DNA of 64,000 nt from Lytechinus pictus. Its lineage: Eukaryota. Where the stretch lies: contig NC_087245.1 in NCBI RefSeq assembly GCF_037042905.1, forward strand, positions 22,010,001 to 22,074,000, read 5' to 3'. Below the pieces are notes generated by a model, which did not search any database, was not told where the DNA came from, and saw only the letters and a program-made list of their open reading frames with translations. Of this stretch, positions 38,030 to 49,700 are shown piece after piece. The first letter of the stretch is position 1, and every line of letters begins with the position of its first letter. The translations under genes were made by a program, and so were the position numbers.

Positions 38030-41000
38030 CTCTGATGGAAGAGTGACGAAGCTAGCTCGCAGTAGATAGAATGAGACTGGTTGCTCTTTGATAGAAGGGT
38101 GACGAAGCTAGTTGTAGATGGAAGGAGAATGGTTGCTCTCTGGTGAAAGGGTGACGAAGCTAGAAGAAGATGAAAGGAGAGAAGTTGATCTCTGATAGAA
38201 GGGTGACGAAGCTAGTGGTAGATGGAAGGAGAAAAGTTGCCCTCTGATGGAAGGGTGACGAAGCTTGCGGTAGATGGAAGGAGAGAAGTTGCTCTCTGAT
38301 GGAAGGGTGACGAAGCTTGTGCTAGATGGAAGGAGAGTAGTTGCTCTCTGATGGAAGGGTGACGAAGCTTGCGGTAGATGGAAGGAGAGAAGTTGCTCTC
38401 TGATGGAAGGGTGACGAAGCTTGTGCTAGATGAAAGGAGAGTAGTTGCTCTCTGATGGAAGGGTGGCGAAGCTTGCGGTAGATGGAAGGAGAGTAGTTGC
38501 TCTCTGATGGAATGGTGACGAAGCTTGTGGTAGATGGAAGGAGAGTAGTTGCTCTCTGATGGAAGGGTGACGAAGCTTGTGCTAGATGGAAGGAGAGTAG
38601 TTGCTCTCTGATGGAAGGGTGACGAAGCTTGCGGTAGATGGAAGGAGAGTAGTTGCTCTCTGATGGAATGGTGACGAAGCTTGTGGTATATGGAAGGAGA
38701 GTAGTTGCTCTCTGATTGAAGAGTGACGAAGCTTGTGGTAGATGGAAGGAAAGAAGTTGCCCTCTGATGGAAGGGTGACGAAGCTTGCGGTAGATGGAAG
38801 GAAAGAAGTTGCTTTCTGATGGAAGGGTGATGAAGCTTGCGGTAGATGGAAGGAGAGTAGATGCTCTCTGATGGAATGGTGACGAAGCTTGTGGTATATG
38901 GAAGGAGAGTAGTTGCTCTCTGATGGAAGAGTGACGAAGCTTGTGGTAGATGGAAGGAAAGAAGTTGCCCTCTGATGGAAGGGTGACGAAGCTTGCGGTA
39001 GATGGAAGGAGAGAAGTTGCTCTCTGATTGAAGGGTGACGAAGCTTGTGCTAGATGGAAGGAGAGAAGTTGCTTTCTGATGGAAGGGTGACGAAGCAAGC
39101 TAGCAGTAGATGGAAGGAGACTAGTTATTCTTTGATGGAAGGATGACGAGGCCAGCTAGCAGTAGATGGAAGGAGAGTAGATGCTCTATGATCTATGAGG
39201 AAAGGGTGACGAAGCTAGCTTGTAGTAGATAGGAGACTAGTTGTTCTTTGACATAAGGGTGACGAAACTTGTGGTAGATGGAAGGAGACCACCGGTTCTC
39301 TGATGGAAGGGTGACGACGCTTGCGGTAGATGGAAGGAGAGTAGTTGCTCTCTGATGGAAGGGTGACGAAGCTTGTGGTAGATGGAAGGAAAGAATTGGC
39401 TCTCGGATGGAATGGTGACGAAGGTTGTGGTAGATGGAAGGAGAGTAGTTGCTCTCTGATGGAAGGGTGACGAAGCTTGCGGTAGATGGAAGAAAAGAAG
39501 TTGCTCTCTGATGGAATGGTGACGAAGCCTGTGGATTATGGAAAGAGAGTAGTTGCTCTCTGATGAAAGTGTGACGAAGCTTGTGGTAGATGGAAGGAAA
39601 GAAGTTGCTCTCTGATGGTAAGGTGTTGAATCTTGTGGTAGATGGAAGGAGAGTAGTTGCTCTCTGATGGAAGGGTGACGAAGTGTTTGGTAGATGGAAG
39701 GAGAGTAGTTGCTATCTGATGAAAGTGTGACGAAGCTTGTGGTAGATGAAATGAGACCAGTGGCTCACTGATGGAAGGGTGACGAAGCTTGTGGTAGATG
39801 GAGGAAGAATAGTTGCTCTTCGATGGAAGGATGACAAAGTTTGTGGTAGATGGAATAAGACCAGTGGCTCTCTGATGGAAGGGTGGTGACGCTAGCTAGC
39901 AGTAGATGGAAGGAAAGAAGTTGCGCTCTGATAGAAGGGTGACGGAGCTAGCTAGCAGTAGATGGAAGGAGACTAGTTGCTCTCTGATGAAAGGGTAGTT
40001 GCTTCTTGATGGAAGGGTGACGAAGCTAATTGTAGACTGAAGGAAACCAGTTGCTCCCTGATGGAGAGGGGACTAAGTTTGTGGTAGATTGAAGGAGAGA
40101 AGTTGCTCTCTGATGAAAGGGTGACGAAGCTTGTGATAGATTGAAGGAGAGAAGTTGCTCTTCAATGGAAGGGTGACGAAGCTTGTGATAGATTGAAGGA
40201 GAGAAGTTGCTCTTCGATGGAAGGGTAACGAAGCTTGTGATAGATTGAAGGAGAGAAGTTGCTCTTCGATGGAAGGGTGACGAAGCTTGTGGTAGATGGG
40301 AATGAGACCAGTGGCTCTCTGATGGAAGGGTGACGATGACAGGGGAGTAGTTGCTCTCTGATCTATGAGGGAAGGGTGACGAAGCTAGCAATAAATGAAA
40401 GGAGAGAAGTTGCTCTCCGATGAAAGGGTGACGAAGCTTGTGGTAGATGTAATAAGACTAGTGGCTCTCTGATAGAAGGGTGACGACGCTAACTAGCAGT
40501 AGATGGAAGGAGACTGGTTGCTATTTGATGGAAGGTTGACGAAGCTAGCTAGCAGAAGATGGAAGGAAAGAAGTTGCGCTTTGATAGAAGGGTGACGGAG
40601 CTAGCTAGCAGTAGATGAAAGGAGACTAGTTGCTATCTGGTGGAAGGGTGACGAATCTAGCTTGCAACAGATGGAAGGAGACTAGTTGCTCCCTGATGAA
40701 AGGGTAGTTGCTCTTTGATGGAAGGGTGACGAAGCTAGTTGTAGACTGAAGGAAACCAGTTGCACCCTGATGGAGGGGGGGACTAAGTTTGTGGTAGATG
40801 GAAAGAGAGAAGTTGCTCTCTGGTGGAAGGGTGACGAAGCTTGTGGTAGATGGGAATGAGACCAGTGGCTCTCTGATGGAAGGGTGACGAAACTAGCAAG
40901 CAGTAGACAGAAGGAGACTAGTTGTTCTTTGATGGAAGGGGGACGATGACAGGAGAGTAGTTGCTCTATGGTCTATAGGGAAGGGTGACGAAGCTAGCTT

Positions 41001-42415
41001 GTAGTAGATGGAAGGAGACAGATTGCTCTCAGGTGAAAGGTTGTAGAAGGCAGTGGTTGATGAAGGAGACTGGATGTTCTTTAATGGAAGGGTGACGAAG
41101 GTAGTGGTAGATTGAAGGAGAGAAGTTGCTCTCTGATGGAAGGTTGACGAAGCTTGTGCTAGATGAAAGGAGAGTAGTTGCTCTCTGATGGAAGTGTGAG
41201 GAAGCTTGTGGTAGATGGGAATGAGACCAATGGCTCTCTGATAGGAGGGTGACGAAGCTTGAGGTAGAAGGAAGGAGAGTAGTTTCTCTTTGATGGAAGG
41301 TTGACGAGGACATCTAGCAGTAGACGGAAGGAGAGTAGATGCTCTATGATCTATGAGGGAAGGGTGACGAAGCTAGCTTGTAGTAGATGGAAGGAGACTA
41401 CTTGCTCTATGAGTGAAATGTGACGAAACTAGCTCGTGGTAGATGGAAGGAAAACTGATTTCTTTCTGATGAAAGGTTGTTGAAGGCAGTGGTTGATGAA
41501 GAAGAGTATTTGCTCTCTGATGGAAGGGTGACGAAACTAATGGTAGATTGAAGGAAACCAGTTGCTCCCTGATGAAAGGGTGACGAAGCTAGTGGTAGAT
41601 GGAAATGAGACCAATGGATCTCTAATAGAAGGGTGACGAAACTTGAGGTAGATGGAAGGAGACTAGTTACTCTCTGATGGAAGGATGGCGAAGCTACCTA
41701 GCAATATGGAAGGAGACTGGTTGCTCTTGATGGAAGGTGACGAGGCCAGCTCGCAGTAAATGGAAGGAGACTACTTGCTCTATGAGGGAAATGTGACGAA
41801 GCTAGCTCGTGGTAGATGGAAGGAAACTGATTGCTCTCTGATGAAAGGTTGTTGAAGGTAGTGGTTGATGAAGGAGAGTATTTGCTCTCTGATGGAAGGG
41901 TGACGAAACTAATGGTAGATTGAAGGAAACAAATTGCTCTCTGATGAAAGGGTGACGAAGCTAGTGGTAGAAGGAAGGGGAGTAGTTGCTCTTTGATGGA
42001 AGGGTGACGAGGTCAGCTAGAAGTAGATTCAAGGAGAGTAGATGCTCTCTGATCTATGGTGGAAGGGTGACGAAGCTAGTGGTAGAAGGAAGGGGAGTAG
42101 TTGCTCTTTGATGGAAGGGTGACGAGGTCAGCTAGAAGTAGATGGAAGGAGAGTAGATGCTCTATGATCTATGGTGGAAGGGTGACGAAGCTAGCTTGTA
42201 GTAGATAGGAGACTAGTTGTTCTTTGATGGAAGGGTGACGCAGCTTGTGGTAGTTGGAAGGAGTCTAATTGCTCTCTGGTGGAAGGATGGCGAAGGACGT
42301 GGTGGATCGAAGAAGACTAGTTGCTCGCTGATGAAAGGGTGACGAAGCTGATGGAAAATATGATAGCAGTTGCTTTCAGATGAAAGGGTAATGATGATAG
42401 TGTTTGATGGAAGGA
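38030..42415. repeat. ~4.4 kb tandem satellite with a 52-bp unit (25+27-bp subunits, both starting GATGGAAGG)
   Basis: Consensus GATGGAAGGAGAGTAGTTGCTCTCT-GATGGAAGGGTGACGAAGCTTGTGGTA. Homogeneous at 38220-39090; more diverged, with GCTA insertions, distally. Confidence 0.95.
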
Positions 42416-42589
42416 TACTCTTAAGGAAAATGAAAACTTATATGAATGCGTGACAATTTTGAAAAAGGGTGGTAATCAAAACAGACCTAATTCATGGCAG
42501 TATACTTTATCTACAGAACCCAATCAAACTTACACAGTAAATAAAACATACTAGTTCATGTAAAGCACCTCTGAACGTCTTCGCCTCCT

Positions 42590-43079
42590 GAAATTGCCAT
42601 CGCTCAGTCACAGACGTAAAAGAGGTGACATGATTTACGTGTACAAATATCTGCATAGTTACTATGATACAAGTTCTGAGCTTTTCTGTCTGAGAAATAG
42701 TGGTAAAACACATGGTCATTCCTTAAGGCTAGAGAAAAGATATTCACGTCTTGATGTGCGTAAGTTTTTCTTTGCTAACCGAGTGATAGATGTGTGGAAC
42801 ACTCTCCCAGAAGATGTAGTTACTGCTTGTTCAGTGATTGCATTTAAGAATAGACTGGATAAGCATTGGGAGAAGATTGCCTATGATTTTGAGTGATTTT
42901 CGATTCTCGTGTGTTCTCATGGAATTTGTTGCTGTCTACGATACCCCTGCCACCCCTCCCTGCCAACATAAGTAGCGCATCTAATTTTGTCTGAAGGAGA
43001 TCAGCAATATACATTCTACTCTGATCGATGAACAGGCTTAGTCCTACAACATCGTTGGAGTAAACTAAACTAAACTAAA
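42590..43079 (+). mobile_element. 3' end of a CR1-type LINE with (TAAAC)n tail
   Basis: ORF 42594-42896 (LSHRRKRGDMIYVYK...THGHSLRL...FFANRVIDVWNTLP...FKNRLDKHW), then a 3' UTR ending taaactaaactaaactaaa. Confidence 0.9.
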
Positions 43080-44938
43080 TGTCCCATCTTTCATCAAGCA
43101 TGACGACTCAGTATTCTTTCATATGCAGGAACCGAAAAGCAGAAAACGAGCGATGGGACGAAAGCCTTCGACCAATAATTAGACGAAAACTATAATCTCC
43201 AGTCTCGTTTACAAATGTTGAATGACTCCGGCAGATCGTTGTTCATTTTTATGCAGGTATCCTTGTCTACATGCCAACAAAAGTATTCACCTCAACCATG
43301 AGTAGATATTTTGGACACTCCCTGTCTGTAACACAAACAAGATACCATGTTAAAATTTTATTTTAGTAATAATTCACATTCTGATAGGAAGATTATCCTT
43401 ACTAGATGTAGGATATGAACATTAAGAAATTAATCGATTGTCATTTTCACCAGACAATAAAACTAATCATTAATCTTGGTATTTTTATGCTTTTACTTGT
43501 ATTTGTCATGATCTACACTAGGTGGTTAATAGCTTAATTAGATTTTCCCCTTTGTTCAATTGTTCAAATGCCTAATTAATTTCTTCGACAATTCATGTTG
43601 ATCTGAGTAAAAAAAAAAATGTCTCGACATATTGTCTGTACTACGTGTTTGGGACTGCGGTTCTTTATATTAAATAAATGTATCAGAGCAATGTTAATCA
43701 CGAATGATAGATACACCGATTTCTATATATATTATGATCGATGTGTATAAAAAAATGAAAAAAATACAATACCAATAGATTAAACTTACCTTGATAATTT
43801 ATAAGAGACGATGCATGATGATTAAACGCAAAATAATCGAGCGAACAAACAAAAGACCAAATCGAATTAACGAACGAATTACTGAATATGGAGACCATAG
43901 AGGCTAAGATCAAGTTATACGATAGGCTCCTAATTTTTTTTCTGCTAATCATGACATTAAACCTCTATCATAGTTTCATTAATATCATGAAGTGGAATTG
44001 CTGTAATATTCCACTGGGAATAGATGTATAGAAAATATCGTTCATGTTCATGGGGTTTACTCAGGTCGAAAAAATGTCCACAGCCAAGGGGAAAAAATGA
44101 AAGGAAAATGTATGAAATGTGACAATGTTCTATAAACACTGTCAATATCTATTGCAAAATTAGCTTTTCGTATGTCAAAGTTCGCTCGCTTCACTTGCTC
44201 AATTTTTAGAAAATAAAAATTGTGCCCGATAGTATTCTTGTACCCCTCAAAATGTTGGCTCATTACACCAGTGAAAGCCATGACTTATATTTACCATCCA
44301 AATGCTTCTTGGCTAGTTCTAGCAGTGTAGATCATTTGGGCACTTCAGACCTGTAAGAAAAGGCAGGAACTATTTTATTTAAATAGCTTGATTCTGATAT
44401 TTTTGTAAAATAAACATTCCTGATCATCATAATATTGACAGATTTTAACATCTGCCTCCCATTTTTGGAAAGAAAAACTACATTTCTACATTTAACATTT
44501 CGCTACCTCCAAAATGTAATACAAATTATATCGGAATCAGTCTTTGAGTAGTTTTTTTTTTCTCTTTAGATTTGTTTCGTTTGTTCAGTGCTTCTGATAA
44601 TAGTTTTATCCTTAACATTTAAATCATGCGCTAGATCTTCTGATCTCAGATGTATAACAATAATTACTACCACTTTCACTTGAAAATGATCATCATTGTT
44701 ATGACTTTATTATAACCATCGTCTTTGTCGTCGACGTCGTCATCATCATTATCAAAACCATTATTTCTACTTCTCTTTCAGCTAGACCTAGTGTATTAAT
44801 GGGAAAGAAAGTAAGCTCTTTGTTGTTGCTGCCTCAAGGCCTTCTGTAATTGTTAAATAATTTCGCCTTCGTATACGACTATGACCCTTAAGTATGAACG
44901 AAATCGCGATTCTTTGGGTAACAAAGACTGGTTTTATT

Positions 44939-45394
44939 CCCGGGGGGGGCAGTCAATTAAATGTATTGCTGTACACTCGCGTGGCCAAAATATTTCCAAA
45001 CACCCCCTATAAACGAGTTTTTCTCTGTGTGCAAAATAACCCCCTAAACAAGTTTTTCGCGGGCTTTATTTACAAATTTTGGCCCCTAAACATGTTGTCG
45101 CCAGAATATGACCCCAGGGAAAAAGCTTGGGGGAAAAACATACCCTAAACAAACACGTTTGGCTAGTCTTAAAAAAAAGCTTTGGAAAAAAATACCCTAT
45201 ATAAGTTTGACCCCGCAATTGACCATTGACCAGTCTTTAAAAACCACCCTTTTCTTGAAAATCGGTGATTTTGATACCCTGGCCTTGACGAGTGCACGCG
45301 CGGCCCTCGTCCAAAAAAACACCCCAGTAAACGCGTTTTTTTTTTTTTGGTCACGCATGTACAGCGATATACTTGACTGCCCCCCCACCCCGAG
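44939..45394. mobile_element. Non-autonomous EnSpm/CMC-like MITE
   Basis: TIRs cccggggggggcagtcaa...gctgtaca..cgcgtg / cacgcatgtacagc...ttgactgccccccc. Confidence 0.7.
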
Positions 45395-46733
45395 CAATGC
45401 ATTGATTAGCCCCTATGTACATTACGGATTTGTTCCCTTATAATCCTCAAAGCAATTATCTGCAGAAAAATACTTAATTGTTGGAAAATCCCCATTTCCC
45501 GTGCATGATGCAATATTCAACCCTTTCGGGTTATTGATCGTTTACTGCTAGCAAAGGTAGTGAATACGAATTTGCTCCTGTGACTAGCTAGTATCCATTT
45601 TCAGGAATCAACTCCTCAACTGAAAACATACCATTTGATAACTAGTTGTTTTAATCGTATTTCTCAGTTAGAATCATGAACGTACATTTTGTGTGAGCGT
45701 ACGTGGCAGATCAGAGGGACTGTTGATAAATGACGTCATGGGGGAAAGTACCGGCGATGAACTGAACGGGGAATCCCCGGTTGTCCATTCGAACGTACAA
45801 TGCGGCAAGCGCGGAGTGCATATTTCGCTGCATGCTGCCTGGAGGAAAATACGATTCCCACGAGTTGACGCTAACAGAAGAAAGTCCTGAATGATGTGAG
45901 ATATCCTTGGCGAAGTAACGATGCAATTTAAAGTCATCAAAGTATTTTTTCACCAAACCAAACCCTGCTGATGATCGTGTAGGCGGAGCGAGTGCAGCAT
46001 GCAGTTCTGTTTGACTGCCAGTACGGATACCGTATGACATTTTGCTGAGCTGTGGCTGTAACATATAGTGTGCATGATGACAAGGTCACTTTAGATTGCT
46101 TGAACCAGGAAATTGAGGATGAGATAACAGTGACTTAAGTATTTTAATATAGTTGACTTACCCATGCTGACAACAACACCAACCTCGTACTTCGTAGTCG
46201 TACATAGCAGTATGTAGGAACAACATAACGGTAACTTTAACTTACTTTACAGTACAGAGTACGTATATAGATACACAAAATTGCAACTGATAATAAAGTG
46301 AAGTTACTTTAGTAAAGACAAATAAGTAGTCGGCCTATATAGTGAACTAGACTGAGTCTAATCTCCTTTTTTTTTCATGTTTGTCATGTATCAGGAACTT
46401 GTGGTTTTCTCGTATGAGCACTGACTTTTTTTCCGATCACATTTAGTTAAATTTTGTATTAGAGCAGATATGGGATTAGATTTAGCACCTACTTTAATCT
46501 GACTTTAGCTGAAATCATTAGAAAAGGCTACAAAGAACAACTTTTCACAGCTTTTGTAAATTCATAAATTCCCTTTCTTTGATTTCTTTTTCAAACTTTC
46601 ACTTATTTGCTTCCCTAAATATTTTGAAACAACTTCCTATTACATTGCATCCCCATGACGGTATATTTCTTGCATCCATCACCTTTTCCACTAGGAGTTC
46701 TCTAAGGTTAACTAGCTCTCTTAACTTCTCAAG

Positions 46734-49700
46734 ATGGCATCTGCCATTCTCTCTGCACCTCAACAAGTTCCTTTCATTGGAAGAGCAAGGGACATGAACA
46801 ATGTAACTGAAGCTTTCATGGATACAATACTGAGCATCATACAACATGGGGAGAAGCAAGTCTGTTCACTGACCAAGCTAGCTCTCATCTGTGGAGGTCC
46901 ACTTGTCGGTAAGACCCGCTGTGCAGTCGAGACTGCTCAGGAGCTTAAAAGATTAAGCAGTCTATCTGATGTCCAGCTGAACGTCCACTCTGTTGAACTC
47001 CAAGGGCTCTGCAATGCACGTCAAGTAGAGGCGAAGATGGCATCAGCTATGTTACCATGGCAACAGAGGGATACCAGGATGTTGAGAGGTTTTAGAGATG
47101 TTTTGGATGACCTGGAGGACTGGCATCTGTTCATCTTGGATGGGGCAGAGTGCTTTGGGGGCAACAACCTTCAGAATGATTTTATGGTGTTATGTCAAGA
47201 GGTCATCGAGGGGTCATCTAGGGTGCTTATTATGATCACATCTCAATGGAAGTTCAACTTCATCAGAATCATGAAACAGGTAGTGTAATTAGAGACAATC
47301 ATTTTGATTAGTATCCTCTTGTTATTCTTATTTTAGTAGCATACTTGTAAAGAAACTACTTCTCATCAATTTGATTACATTCTCTAATTATTTTTTTCTA
47401 AAATGAAAGAGGTTGATTAGTCAAAAGCTACATGATGAAATAAAAAAATCTATTGAATTGCAAATAGTATACTGTGTACCCATTCATTTCACTGTGAGTT
47501 GCCAATAATTGTCCTTTTCTGATACCGCTGTGTGTCTGTATAACCCTTTTTTCATTCCCATACAAAGCAGGTGAGAAACTCTTTTTTTTTTTTTTTTGGG
47601 GGGGGCAGTGTTCTTAGGAGTGATGATAACCTACTGCTATACTGCATGAACTATAATGCTATTGGTTTCTGACACTTCCATTCAATCATTGCAGGTACTA
47701 CCGATCCACCTAAATCCATTTTTACCAGAAGAATCCAAGCAACTCCTGTTCTCCGTAGCAACCGATCTGGAAGAATCAGGCAACGAGGAAGACATTGATG
47801 AGATCATCAAGCTGTGTGGGGGGATCCCCTTTGCCCTTGAGCTTGTAGGAGCCGACCTGAGAGATCAAAAGCGACAGCTTGCCGACATCATCCATGACCT
47901 CAACAAAGGTTACAGGGAGAAAAGGGCAAGCTGTCAAACCTTCTCTGATAGTAGGGATGGGGATGAGAGTAGCATAGTTGATGGTGATGGAAAGAGAACA
48001 GAGGATGATGGTGAGGAGGACAGGAGAAGCAAAGAAGAGGAGCATCTTTCCAATCGGGTCTGGCAAACTTTGGAACAACTTATGGAGAGCAGTGTGGATA
48101 AGTTATCCTGCCCTGTAAAGAAAAGGCTCACTCAGCTGAATTTCATCTCAGCTTCATTTACGGGTATAGTAAACTTTTTTGTAAGGTATTAAGATCAGGA
48201 CAGGTTTTCAATTAATAATGCCACATTCCAATAACAGTAGTGAAGGAAGAAGTTCACCTCAATGTTATGTTTGTTATTGATAACATTGGATAGTAGTTAC
48301 TACTGTGTGCAGCACATAATGGCATTTCACCCCCTCTGAAATCATTTGGGTTTTATTAGTCCTTACTTTCATTCTACCTTTCAAGAATTCATGATTCTTT
48401 TTCTATTACGTTACAAGTCTATCTGACACCTGTCATGTCTATATGTATTCAGCTGAAGCTGCCGCATGCATCACCAACATCAACCCGACGTCTTGCACCA
48501 AGAGGGATCTACTCATCCCCCTCCACACACGCTCTTTAATCGCCATTGATACGCTCACCAATCGCTTCAACATCCTCTCCTTCCTGCGTCTGTATATTGA
48601 GGAACGGTACAGCCTTTTCCTGTCGCCTGAAGAGACGGACCTGGTGAGAGTGAGGTACTGTGGATTCTATGCGAGACTACTGCAGAGAGCAGCAGAGTTA
48701 CTTGAGCAGGACAATGCGTGCAAATCCATTCCCATCTTTACAGCAGAACTGCAGAACATGCAGAAACTGCTTCAGGTATGTACATGATTAGTTGTTTTGA
48801 CCTTTGGGAATTTTAAAGTGGCATAATTTGTTGTTCTTTATTAGTACTATTAGAAGTAGTTGTAGTCACAGCAGTGGAATAACAGTAGTAAAATTGGCAT
48901 TGTTGTCATCATTATCATCACCCTCATCATCGATCTAATGTTGTTTGAAGACACCATACCCTGATACACACAAGAATAATGAGCTAGTTTTAGTGTACAC
49001 GCTAGATATGAATAAAGATGAATCATGACTTGTTTGATAAGTTAGTATAAAAGTATTTTAATGCATCTTCACAATCATCTTCACCATCATTATTATTATC
49101 ATCATCATCATTATAATCATTCTCATCCTCATCATCATCTATAGGAATCCATCCACTGCTTTGAAGATAGCTATGATCTGTTTGTTGAAGTGGCTTACCA
49201 GGCTAGACATCTAATCCTTCTCTTCATCCCAACCAAAGATGCCATCTCATTCTACCAGGCATGCCTGGAAGCGGCAGAGAGGAGGAAGGACAAACAGCGT
49301 CAAGCTCGGATCCTCATTTCATTGGGTAAGAAGTCATAATATGCACAACAGGTGTTTGTAACCCTTTGATGGCTGGAGTAATAGCCCCCCCCCCCCCAAC
49401 TCAAGTGGTCATGCAGACATACCAACCGTTCCCTTTTTAGAGTATTTGTTCCTCTTTTTTCCTATAAATACACCAATACTTTTTTGTATTATTTGTTACT
49501 TAATTTTTTTAATTTCTGATTATGGAGTATGTATTATATACAGAGCGTGACACTAGCGCCAGTCCGACAGTCACAAACCGGTAAAAATCACTGCAGGGTT
49601 AGTAACTCGTTGCATGAAAAGAACAAGTAAATTCTTGCCTAGATTAAAAGGGTGAATTATCAAGTTTTCAAGTATAGTAATTTCCCATGTTTTTCACCGA

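Noticed and set aside
38322-41313. ORFs 38322-39098, 40026-40391 and 41029-41313 as protein-coding genes
   Set aside because: They arise from a stop-free satellite unit and are broken by non-triplet indels.
38030-42415. CRISPR-like array
   Set aside because: The units are contiguous tandem copies with no unique spacers, there are no cas genes, and the context is eukaryotic.
43129-43256. Plus-strand coding exon supplying an N-terminal domain to the STAND-TPR gene
   Set aside because: It has plausible splice sites but stops in all three frames; at most a UTR exon or a 14-codon leader.
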